Below are positions 1-6,784 of a DNA stretch of 38,029 nucleotides, in pieces. The position numbers were made by a program, and so were the translations under genes. The notes below the pieces were generated by a model that did not search any database, was not told the DNA's origin, and saw only the letters and a list, made by a program, of their open reading frames with translations. Within the stretch, counting starts at the first letter, position 1. The number at the start of each line of letters is the position of its first letter. Source of the stretch: a virus (lineage: Duplodnaviria > Caudoviricetes); the IMG/VR virus record IMGVR_UViG_3300025114_000010, positions 1 to 38,029 of that record; one strand, 5' to 3'.

Positions 1-63
1 GGGGGCTTTAGTCTCGAAGGTTTTACCATTTCTCAGCGGAAAACCGTAGCGTAAGGACAATGA

Positions 64-303
64 GTGAAGGAACTAATTTTATTCGTATGTGCATTTTCCA
101 ATCCACAATGCGAAAAGTACCCAGAGAAAATAGTTGTGGAGTATGAAAATAATGTCTTATGTCACAAAGTTGCTCAAGAAGCAGCAGCTGCGATCTTGCG
201 TCAAACTGATAGACTTATGTCTTACAGCTGCGATGGTAAGCAGTATTTTCCTCATCCCGATCCTCCTTATCTTCCTGTTCCAGATGATCATACGATAGGT
301 TAG
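64..303 (+). CDS. hypothetical small Cys-containing protein
   Basis: GTG start after AAGGA; hydrophobic N-terminus followed by C-x6-C (LFVCAFSNPQC); abuts the endolysin. Confidence 0.55.
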   Translation: MKELILFVCAFSNPQCEKYPEKIVVEYENNVLCHKVAQEAAAAILRQTDRLMSYSCDGKQYFPHPDPPYLPVPDDHTIG

Positions 304-307
304 ACGA

Positions 308-730
308 ATGGGATTTTATTTCGGTCAAAAATCCATAAAAGAACTTAAAACTTGCGAGGATGCTCTCCAGATAGTGGCTAGACAGGCCATACAAGGCCAT
401 ATGGACTTCTCAATCATTGAAGGGTACCGAACCCCCGAAAGGCAAGAGATGTTGTTCAGGCAAGGTCTAAGCAAGATTGACGGCATTTTAATCAAAGGAA
501 GGCATAATTATGAACCCTCAAGAGCTTTTGATGTTGTTCCTCATCCAATGGTGTTAAATAATATTTCGGTGTGGAAGGAACCTGAGCGGTTCTACATCTT
601 GGCTGGTGTGATGCTGACAGCTGCAAAAAGCTGTGGTATTGAGGTTAGATGGGGAGGGGATTGGGATGGAGATGGTTCAACAAAAGACCAAACATTCCAT
701 GACTTAGGACATTATGAACTGTTTAACTAG
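308..730 (+). CDS. endolysin, M15-family (L-Ala-D-Glu-type) peptidase
   Basis: Motifs EGYRTPERQ, H-x6-AFD (RHNYEPSRAFD), WGGDW and DLGHYEL are typical of phage M15C peptidases; followed by holin and spanins. Confidence 0.9.
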   Translation: MGFYFGQKSIKELKTCEDALQIVARQAIQGHMDFSIIEGYRTPERQEMLFRQGLSKIDGILIKGRHNYEPSRAFDVVPHPMVLNNISVWKEPERFYILAGVMLTAAKSCGIEVRWGGDWDGDGSTKDQTFHDLGHYELFN

Positions 731-743
731 ACTGTTTAACTAG
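718..743. repeat. 13-bp tandem duplication ACTGTTTAACTAG
   Basis: Exact copies at 718-730 and 731-743; the first copy contains the endolysin stop codon. Confidence 0.85.
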
Positions 744-756
744 AAGGAGAAAGAAG

Positions 757-951
757 ATGGAAGCGTTATTAAATATCTGGTCATTAATTCCTGAATGGAT
801 TCAGGCGTTGTGCGGGCTTGTTAGCGCCGCAACGGCGGTGACGGCTCTGACGCCCTCAAAATCGGACGATCATATGCTAAACTCGATCCTTAAAATCCTC
901 AACATGTTGGCCGGTAATGTTGGTCACAATAAGAACGCCGATGCTGAGTAG
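757..951 (+). CDS. putative holin
   Basis: Strong RBS (AAGGAG); small hydrophobic protein with a TPSKSDD motif, lying between endolysin and spanins. Confidence 0.65.
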   Translation: MEALLNIWSLIPEWIQALCGLVSAATAVTALTPSKSDDHMLNSILKILNMLAGNVGHNKNADAE

Positions 952-1150
952 CACGTTTTTTGTTGGTGGGCTCCTATTTGCTGTAGTGGGGATAGCTATG
1001 TGGGTCACTTATCGTTGGGGCAGAGCGGACGAAAAGCGGATCGCATCCGAGGATGCTGTCGACAACGCGAGGAAACGACATGAAATCGACGAAGATGTGG
1101 CTGGTATGTCTGACGTTGAGCTTATTGAGCGGCTGCGTAAACACCAGTGA
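941..1150 (+). CDS. putative i-spanin (Rz-like)
   Basis: N-terminal TM segment (FFVGGLLFAVVGIAMWV) followed by a charged helical region; overlaps a lipoprotein gene; start placed at ATG 941. Confidence 0.7.
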   Translation: MLSSTFFVGGLLFAVVGIAMWVTYRWGRADEKRIASEDAVDNARKRHEIDEDVAGMSDVELIERLRKHQ

Positions 1151-1262
1151 TGGCTGCTCTTGGGTAGAAAGGATTACTGTTGATGAAGCCGACGTACTGG
1201 CGAGGGCGACCCAGGAGCAAATCGTAGCCCACAATATGGCAGTTGAAGAATTTTGTCGTTAA
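1080..1262 (+). CDS. putative o-spanin lipoprotein (Rz1-like)
   Basis: MKSTKMWLVCLTLSLLSG-C signal peptide with lipobox; ATG 1080 after GAGG; overlaps the 3' end of the i-spanin in another frame. Confidence 0.8.
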   Translation: MKSTKMWLVCLTLSLLSGCVNTSDGCSWVERITVDEADVLARATQEQIVAHNMAVEEFCR

Positions 1263-1265
1263 TTT

Positions 1266-1499
1266 TTAAGGCTGAAAATCAAGGCCATTATAAACTCCAT
1301 CATCAAAACATTTGTATGAAAGAATTTTAATTTCATACCGATCAAAAAGAAGTGTCTTTTCTTTTTGTAAAGTTGCTATTGCTGCTTCTGTTTGAGAACA
1401 AGTGTTTAGAAAAAAGTGAGCTTCTCCGCTTTGCTTAAATTTATCACAAGTTGGCTCGGCAGCAAGACAGAAATACACGACCAGAAGAGCTTTTTCCAT
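1266..1499 (-). CDS. hypothetical small Cys-containing protein (AT-rich)
   Basis: Probable start MEKALLVVYFCLAAEPTC after AGGA; lies downstream of the minus-arm terminator. Confidence 0.55.
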   Translation of the reverse strand: MEKALLVVYFCLAAEPTCDKFKQSGEAHFFLNTCSQTEAAIATLQKEKTLLFDRYEIKILSYKCFDDGVYNGLDFQP

Positions 1500-1518
1500 A
1501 TGAATTTTCCTACTCCAT

Positions 1519-1548
1519 AAAAAAAGGGGCACCTGCTAAGGTGCCCCT
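1519..1548 (-). terminator. intrinsic terminator of the leftward arm
   Basis: Stem AGGGGCACCT/AGGTGCCCCT with a 4-nt loop, followed by a U-tract on the minus strand. Confidence 0.85.
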
Positions 1549-1727
1549 GATTTCAGTTCTATTTTGATTGCTTGAGAAATCTCCAGCAGAGAGCTCGCAA
1601 GCTCGGCGTTGTGGTCGGGTTTGTTAAATGCTTGTACGCTTCCTTGGTCCACTTTATGACCATCTCTTTCGTCGCTGCATCCATTTTCTTAGCCTCCTTG
1701 TCAGCTTGTTGTACACAGCCCAGAACA

Positions 1728-1976
1728 TCATTGTCCGACCATGTATGTTGCAGTTGAGCCGACGCCCAACCGTGATGTACGTCTCAAAGGTGACATGCCC
1801 ATAGCCCTAGTCTTTAGGGCAATTGTTCGCATCATGGCAGCCATTGACCCGTGAGGATGTTTTGGCTTTTTGCGACCTTTGTAAAACAGTGCAATCAATT
1901 CCTTGATTGGCACATCTTTCCTGCTGGCACACACATGATTGTATAGCAACAGCTCATTGTCGTTTAGTTTTACCAT
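1728..1976 (-). CDS. hypothetical basic protein, possibly winged-helix DNA-binding
   Basis: Overlaps the helicase stop; GGAGG RBS; basic 82-aa protein; fold is a guess. Confidence 0.6.
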   Translation of the reverse strand: MVKLNDNELLLYNHVCASRKDVPIKELIALFYKGRKKPKHPHGSMAAMMRTIALKTRAMGMSPLRRTSRLGVGSTATYMVGQ

Positions 1977-3637
1977 TCTTCCTCCTCCAGCCAGTTTCTG
2001 ATATCACCCAGAGCCATGTCACTGACTGTCTTCTTGTTACGCAGGTTGCGCAGAATTTTAGCATCAACAGAGCCGACACCGATCAAGTCAGTATACACTA
2101 CGCCACCTGTCACGCCGATCCTATGGATCCTGTCTTCAGACTGCCAACGCTCAATTGAGTTGTCGGAGTTTGAATAGTAGACTGCTCGTCTGCACTGGCC
2201 TTGAAGATTAAGGCCAACACCACCAGCTGCAGGATTGCTGACAAAGTATCTGGGAGAACCTTCCTCTTCACTGAGGAATCGCTCAATCGCTAGTTTGCGC
2301 TCTTTGTCGCTGGTTGCCCCATAATAAGTGACACAGTCGTCACCAAGCATGGACTTGATTAACTCAATGTCCTTAACAAAGCGTGCCCATATGATGACCT
2401 TTCCTTCAATACTTTCCAGGCACTCTGCCAGAGCTGTGAGGCGTGGGTTCTTCTTCTGACCCTTTTCAATCATGATGATGTTCTCATCATCATCAACCAT
2501 AAACCCGCTGGCAATTTGCTGCATGCGCATCACTGCCACAGCAGCATTAGAAGCAGTTGAGATTTCACCAGAATCAATCTGGGTGATAAGCAACTTCTTC
2601 ATCTCCTTGATCATGGACCTCTGCTTCTTACTCAGATCAAATTTCCATCGATCGTAAGCCTTCGGCAAGATGCCAATGTCTTCCTTGGTGGCCCTGAATG
2701 TGTAGGACTTAACTTTCTCTTGCAGCCTCTCAACATTCTTATGGCCAACTATGGCTCGTCCTTCAAAGCCTCCCATGATGCAATACTCATTGCGGAAGGC
2801 TGTGATGTAACGGATGCCTATGATCCTTTCATCAAGCCACTTGAACTGGGCCCACTCTTCTGTCAGGTCTTTGGCGATTGGGGTACCAGTTAAGGCCAAG
2901 CGATAGTCAACACAGTTGCCAAGCTCATTGGCAGCTTTCCATCGTTTGGATTTAGCATTCTTGATGGTGTGGCTTTCGTCCACAATCATCAGCACCTTGC
3001 CTTTGTGGCTCTTGATGAACTCTAAACAAGTGAGCCTGCCCTTTGCAGTCTTTATGCCATCAATGTTGATGGCCAACCACTTAAGGTCCTCTCCCTTGCA
3101 CAGCTCTTCTGGCAGCAGGAACAGTGGACAGATTAGGTTCAACTGGGGCCAAACTCCGGCTGTAAACTCACAGCCTGAATGTGTAGGGAGCTGCTCATCC
3201 ACCCACTGGCGGTGAACACCCTTGGGGGCAACCACCAATACACCAGTGATTTTGCCAGCACAAAACAGCCCACCAGCATGGTCAATTGCGACCTTTGTCT
3301 TGCCGGTTCCCTGCTCCATGAACAGAGCAAATGATTTCTGGGCTGTGCAACGCTCCAGAGCTATGATTTGATGGTTGTAGGGTGTGGTCTTCTGTTCATA
3401 TGGTGCAAAACCTAAGGCAGTGCTGAGATCGTCCCCCTGCACCAAAATAGGGTCCTTTATATCAAGGATTATGCCACCCTCCTTCAAGACCTCCATATTG
3501 TGGTCAGTAGCCTCCATCTTGAGGCCACCTCCCTTGAGCCATTTGCGCCGACCCTCCAGCCGTGGCAACACCATCATGATTGCTGGGGTCATCCGTGTGT
3601 GGAGGGTGGCATATTTGCCTTCAATTGTCAACAACAT
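1970..3637 (-). CDS. SNF2-family (SF2) helicase
   Basis: Motifs MEQGTGKT, IVDESH, LTGTP, GGVGLNLQ and QSEDRIHRIG; start moved to ATG 3637 (GGAGG RBS) because the longer ORF runs through a palindromic repeat. Confidence 0.92.
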   Translation of the reverse strand: MLLTIEGKYATLHTRMTPAIMMVLPRLEGRRKWLKGGGLKMEATDHNMEVLKEGGIILDIKDPILVQGDDLSTALGFAPYEQKTTPYNHQIIALERCTAQKSFALFMEQGTGKTKVAIDHAGGLFCAGKITGVLVVAPKGVHRQWVDEQLPTHSGCEFTAGVWPQLNLICPLFLLPEELCKGEDLKWLAINIDGIKTAKGRLTCLEFIKSHKGKVLMIVDESHTIKNAKSKRWKAANELGNCVDYRLALTGTPIAKDLTEEWAQFKWLDERIIGIRYITAFRNEYCIMGGFEGRAIVGHKNVERLQEKVKSYTFRATKEDIGILPKAYDRWKFDLSKKQRSMIKEMKKLLITQIDSGEISTASNAAVAVMRMQQIASGFMVDDDENIIMIEKGQKKNPRLTALAECLESIEGKVIIWARFVKDIELIKSMLGDDCVTYYGATSDKERKLAIERFLSEEEGSPRYFVSNPAAGGVGLNLQGQCRRAVYYSNSDNSIERWQSEDRIHRIGVTGGVVYTDLIGVGSVDAKILRNLRNKKTVSDMALGDIRNWLEEEEW

Positions 3638-3650
3638 AACTTGTATCCTC

Positions 3651-3795
3651 CAAGGTTCGGAGTTCGCTTTTTTCATTGTATTCCAAAACTCCAGGGAATT
3701 ATTATTTCTTTTCTTAATTCCCTGAAAGTCTTGAAACAAGTAAAAATTACGAACTCCGAACCTCACTTTTGTGTGAAACCAAGGATTTAGTTTTT
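3651..3795. repeat. imperfect palindromic element, copy 1 (inverted relative to copy 2)
   Basis: AGGTTCGGAGTTCG (3653-3666) and CGAACTCCGAACCT (3750-3763) form a terminal IR; the reverse complement aligns with 18779-18922. Confidence 0.92.
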
Positions 3796-3807
3796 CGGTG
3801 AATTCGC

Positions 3808-4194
3808 TCACCGAGCCTCCACGAACTTGTGTTGGATGTCCCAACGAAGGTGATGGCTCTCGCCACCGGAAGCTAAATAGTCCTCATACAAGATACCGGG
3901 ATTGTCCTGGACAATCTTGAATGCATGCCAGCCATGCGACCCTGCTTGTCTGGGATTGCCGTCAACGATGGGAAAGAGACCCTTCCCGTTGTTGCCAGCT
4001 GGACGTCCCCGGTTGTCGTCCTTGGGGCCAAGAGTCTTGGCCAGCTCAGTTGTGCGCCTAATGCCAGACTCCCTGTTTGAGAACTTCTTGACGGATGGGA
4101 TGATGTCGCCGGTCTGTTTCTCAACCTCAATAGCAAGGTTGTTGTATTCAGCAGCGAGTTGCTTTAAAGTCAGTCTTGAATAATCTTTGGCCAT
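3808..4194 (-). CDS. hypothetical protein
   Basis: Start MAKDYSRL after a GAGGAGG RBS; C-terminal NPRQAGS...HLRWD segment. Confidence 0.8.
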   Translation of the reverse strand: MAKDYSRLTLKQLAAEYNNLAIEVEKQTGDIIPSVKKFSNRESGIRRTTELAKTLGPKDDNRGRPAGNNGKGLFPIVDGNPRQAGSHGWHAFKIVQDNPGILYEDYLASGGESHHLRWDIQHKFVEAR

Positions 4195-4240
4195 TATGGC
4201 CTCCTCTTCTTTGGTTGGTGGGCACTTGGCCCTGATACCC

Positions 4241-4274
4241 AAAAACCCCGGCCACCTCCTAAGAGGCTCCGGGG
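4241..4274 (-). terminator. putative intrinsic terminator after the DUF932-like gene
   Basis: Minus strand CCCCGG-AGCCTC-TTAG-GAGGTGG-CCGGGG followed by TTTTT. Confidence 0.7.
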
Positions 4275-4301
4275 CATGGGAGCGTTTAGCTCGCTGTTTT
4301 A

Positions 4302-5255
4302 TTAAGCTGCCATTTCGTACAGCTTTTGCTCAACATCAATCTTATGCCGAGCGATGTCGCCGACCCATGCACGATGCATGCGAGTGGCGTTGTTGCGTCC
4401 AGCAACGTGATCACCCCAGTGGGTGACACCGTTTAGGACTCCCCACCCAGTACCAGGAGCAGCACCAGGAGCATTGTTGATTGAGTTGATGATCTCGCTC
4501 AACACTTTGGGCTGGGACTCAGGGAGCATGATGTCGTCGTAGGCTTCGCTCTCTGCGACCTTGGGTATTATCGTGGGCACGATCACCTCACGAACAGCAT
4601 CCTCAATGCCGATTTTGAGTTTTGAGATTGTCTTAAATCTCTTCTCGGCAATAATCAGATGATTGTGAGCCTCGTTGACCTTCTCCTTGGCAGCTGCGAC
4701 GTCGAACTCTGTCAGATGGTTCTGAGAGTAGTTCAGGTCGGAGGAGCCTTCAGCCATCGCCAGCGTGTTAGCGCAGACGACCCTGACAGTGGTGGTGCGG
4801 ATCTGAGTGGACCTGCCAACTTCCATCGGTGATGTGATCAGCAGGTAGCCATGCACTTCGTCACCCTTGCGGACTGAGAAGGTATGGTCCAATTTGGCCA
4901 GACCCCAGACAGTGCGACCGCCACGCAACGAGCCAGCTGTCTCCAGCTTGGCCCCACCAGCTTCAACATACTCGCGCATGAAGCTGATAGTCTCTTCCGG
5001 CTGGAACGGTGTCCATGCTCCGGAGCAAACACTCATGACCTTGTTGTCTGTGTTACGGGTCAGAGCGAACTTGTCATCGACTGGCAGGGCATCACCGTTG
5101 GGCAACTTCGCAACCAGCGGCAACTTCTCAAGACGCCAGTTAAGGCCAGCAGCCTCAAGCATCTCTTCAACGCTAACGTCTTGATCGACCCTAGCACCAA
5201 GTCCATGCCAAGGGACTGCACCTGCGTAGGCCATTGTTTCAACTTGATGTGACAT
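4302..5255 (-). CDS. DUF932/DUF945-family phage/plasmid protein
   Basis: MSHQVETMAYAGAVPWHGLG, AGLNW, ETAGSLRGGR, TTVRVVCANTL and GTGWGVLNGVT are family hallmarks; start ATG 5255 after GGAG. Confidence 0.88.
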   Translation of the reverse strand: MSHQVETMAYAGAVPWHGLGARVDQDVSVEEMLEAAGLNWRLEKLPLVAKLPNGDALPVDDKFALTRNTDNKVMSVCSGAWTPFQPEETISFMREYVEAGGAKLETAGSLRGGRTVWGLAKLDHTFSVRKGDEVHGYLLITSPMEVGRSTQIRTTTVRVVCANTLAMAEGSSDLNYSQNHLTEFDVAAAKEKVNEAHNHLIIAEKRFKTISKLKIGIEDAVREVIVPTIIPKVAESEAYDDIMLPESQPKVLSEIINSINNAPGAAPGTGWGVLNGVTHWGDHVAGRNNATRMHRAWVGDIARHKIDVEQKLYEMAA

Positions 5256-5272
5256 ATTAGTCTCCAATGTTT

Positions 5273-5436
5273 GAGGGAGGCACTTACCGGGAAGGGTCCG
5301 GCCACCACAGCCTGAACTTCTCCAGTGCCTTTCCAGTGTGTATGCATCACCTCTGGTCCAGCGCGTCGCCTCTCGGAACTGGCGCATTGCGTTATTTGGT
5401 CGTGTCAATGCTACCTTCCCGGTAAGTGCCTCTCTC
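5273..5436 (-). ncRNA. candidate structured RNA closed by a 23-bp stem
   Basis: IR arms 5273-5295 and 5414-5436 (22/23 complementary) enclose 118 nt with internal helices; strand inferred from operon direction. Confidence 0.5.
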
Positions 5437-5441
5437 GGTGT

Positions 5442-5505
5442 GGGCAAGCTCATCAGTGCAGGATGCCCGTGACCTGCAGACCGGGGCGATGCCCCGGTTT
5501 CGCCT
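5442..5505 (-). ncRNA. hammerhead ribozyme, type II (HH1)
   Basis: AGGC-GAAA-CCGGGGC(auc)GCCCCGG-UC^-UGCAGG(ucacgggcau)CCUGCA-CUGAUGA-GCUU; loop I GGGCA pairs with the 3' tail UGCCC; predicted cut between 5479 and 5478. Confidence 0.93.
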
Positions 5506-5512
5506 TTTGGTT

Positions 5513-5713
5513 TCAGGTAAACGCTTTGTCCTGGCATTTCTGACACATTCCGCTGATGGTGTACTCTTTCTTTGAGAGATCATCAGTGAACTCTTTGGCA
5601 TGGCCGTCGCACATCATGCACATGCCAGCTGCGATCGTTTCGACACGATCCTTCCCCATCATGTTGCCGAGGAAGGCATCAATGCCATAGACTTTAGGAG
5701 TTGCTTCAGTCAT
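5513..5713 (-). CDS. small zinc-ribbon-like protein
   Basis: CMMC...EYTISGMCQKCQD (two CxxC); start ATG 5713 after GAGGAG; lies between HH2 and HH1. Confidence 0.8.
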   Translation of the reverse strand: MTEATPKVYGIDAFLGNMMGKDRVETIAAGMCMMCDGHAKEFTDDLSKKEYTISGMCQKCQDKAFT

Positions 5714-5736
5714 TTTCTTTCTCCTCATAGTAGTAA

Positions 5737-5798
5737 GCCCTGTCTCATCAGTTGGGGGAGGGCAGATCCCCAAGACCGACCCGAAGGTCGGTTTCGAC
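5737..5798 (-). ncRNA. hammerhead ribozyme, type II (HH2)
   Basis: GUC-GAAA-CCGACC(uucg)GGUCGG-UC^-UUGGGG(aucugcccuc)CCCCAA-CUGAUGA-GAC; loop GCCCU pairs with tail AGGGC; predicted cut between 5774 and 5773. Confidence 0.95.
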
Positions 5799-6139
5799 TA
5801 AATTTGGGTGAATCCGAAAGAGGTGCACAGCCACTTTGAGCCGTCTTCCTTCTCGACGATGTCGCCAACGCTCATGGAGTGAAGGTCGGCGTGGCGGCGA
5901 ACCATCTTCTCGTCAACCTCGCTCCAGCGGTTCATGACCGCAAAGCCAACTTCGAGGTCGTCAGTGCTGACATCCGCAACGTGATTGTAGAGGCCAAGCT
6001 CCTGTGCCTTCTCAATCTTGCCGAACGTGGCGTCGAGGTAGGCTGGGTAAAACTCCGGAACAGGCTCGTTGTTGCGGCTGGCCATATTGACCTGATTGAC
6101 TTGAGGAGTGGTGAGAACGATCTGGTGGACTTTCAACAT
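5798..6139 (-). CDS. YodL-like domain protein
   Basis: C-terminal HSMSVGDIV...WLCTSFGF resembles the YodL-like signature; start ATG 6139 after GGGAG; lies between HH3 and HH2. Confidence 0.72.
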   Translation of the reverse strand: MLKVHQIVLTTPQVNQVNMASRNNEPVPEFYPAYLDATFGKIEKAQELGLYNHVADVSTDDLEVGFAVMNRWSEVDEKMVRRHADLHSMSVGDIVEKEDGSKWLCTSFGFTQI

Positions 6140-6162
6140 GATGTTGACTCCCTTTAAGGTGG

Positions 6163-6228
6163 TGCCCTGACTCATCAGTGTGGGGAGGGCAGATCCCACA
6201 GACCGGGCAACGTGCCCGGTTTCGTCAG
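6163..6228 (-). ncRNA. hammerhead ribozyme, type II (HH3)
   Basis: UGAC-GAAA-CCGGGCA(cgu)UGCCCGG-UC^-UGUGGG(aucugcccuc)CCCACA-CUGAUGA-GUCA; loop UGCCCU pairs with tail AGGGCA; predicted cut between 6201 and 6200. Confidence 0.95.
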
Positions 6229-6689
6229 ATGCGCTTGATGCGCTTGATGGCAACGGCTCTCATCGCACGACCTTTTGTCCAGTCGTGGTTGACTCCGTCA
6301 ATAACCGCCAGAACGTGACCTCTTGTATAAATCAAGTAGGTCTCGCCATCCGCCCAGACCTTGTTGAAGCGGTCCATGTGGTGGGTGGTAACTGATCGTA
6401 GATTCTTGTGGTTGCCAGGATACTGGCTGATGAACTCTTGCTGGTCCACCGTCTCCATTTCGAAGCCAAACTCCTTGAGAGCTGAAGACATGTCCCATAC
6501 GGATGAGCCTCTTCCTTTTTTGCGGCCAGCATGTTCCAGAGCAGTGTGGGCAACTAGGTAGTCAACGTTGCAGACTGCTGCCAGAGCTTTGACCGTGCAG
6601 TCATTGCTTTCTCCGATAGAGTCAGCAGCAACCTGCATGGAGTTGAACTTGTCAGTCATGATGCGTTTATCAGAAGCGATGCCAACCAT
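6225..6689 (-). CDS. phage early protein, possibly a Cys/His (papain-like) enzyme
   Basis: GAGGAGG RBS; NDCTVKAL...RGHVLAVIDG..HDW spacing is reminiscent of Cys-His-Asp folds; lies between HH4 and HH3. Confidence 0.75.
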   Translation of the reverse strand: MVGIASDKRIMTDKFNSMQVAADSIGESNDCTVKALAAVCNVDYLVAHTALEHAGRKKGRGSSVWDMSSALKEFGFEMETVDQQEFISQYPGNHKNLRSVTTHHMDRFNKVWADGETYLIYTRGHVLAVIDGVNHDWTKGRAMRAVAIKRIKRI

Positions 6690-6713
6690 GATGGCCTCCT
6701 CTTCTTTGATTGG

Positions 6714-6777
6714 TGGGCTGTCTCATCAGTTGGGGTAGCCCGTTTCCCCAAGATCGGGCAGTGTGCCCGATTTCGAC
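6714..6777 (-). ncRNA. hammerhead ribozyme, type II (HH4)
   Basis: GUC-GAAA-UCGGGCA(cac)UGCCCGA-UC^-UUGGGG(aaacgggcua)CCCCAA-CUGAUGA-GAC; loop GGGCU pairs with tail AGCCC; AUC triplet; predicted cut between 6752 and 6751. Confidence 0.93.
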
Positions 6778-6784
6778 TTTGTTG

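Noticed and set aside
1536-1730. Possible ~49-aa minus-strand ORF (MDAATKEMVIKW...) after an AGGAGG
   Set aside because: Plausible, but short, ends inside the terminator stem and competes with another tiny frame; not supportable without homologs
3653-3763. MITE or IS remnant interpretation of the palindromic element
   Set aside because: No target-site duplication is evident, similarity between copies extends beyond the terminal IR on one side, and there is no transposase; not fully excluded
3638-3844. N-terminal extension of the SNF2 helicase in the ORF track
   Set aside because: It runs through the palindromic repeat and overlaps the upstream gene; a GGAGG RBS supports ATG 3637
5296-5413. 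tRNA, or twister/pistol/hatchet ribozyme, inside the long stem
   Set aside because: No T-loop, anticodon-arm geometry or recognisable ribozyme consensus by eye; left as unknown structured RNA
5256-5546. 97-aa N-terminal extension of the DUF932-like ORF (and similar extensions of the 5773 and 6253 ORFs)
   Set aside because: These extensions cross ribozyme cleavage sites or structured RNA; family-typical or RBS-supported starts lie downstream
5442-6777. Repeats read as a CRISPR array, REP elements or simple terminators
   Set aside because: Spacing is 295-551 nt with whole genes in between; only the hammerhead core is invariant while the stems covary; there are no U-tracts or cas genes
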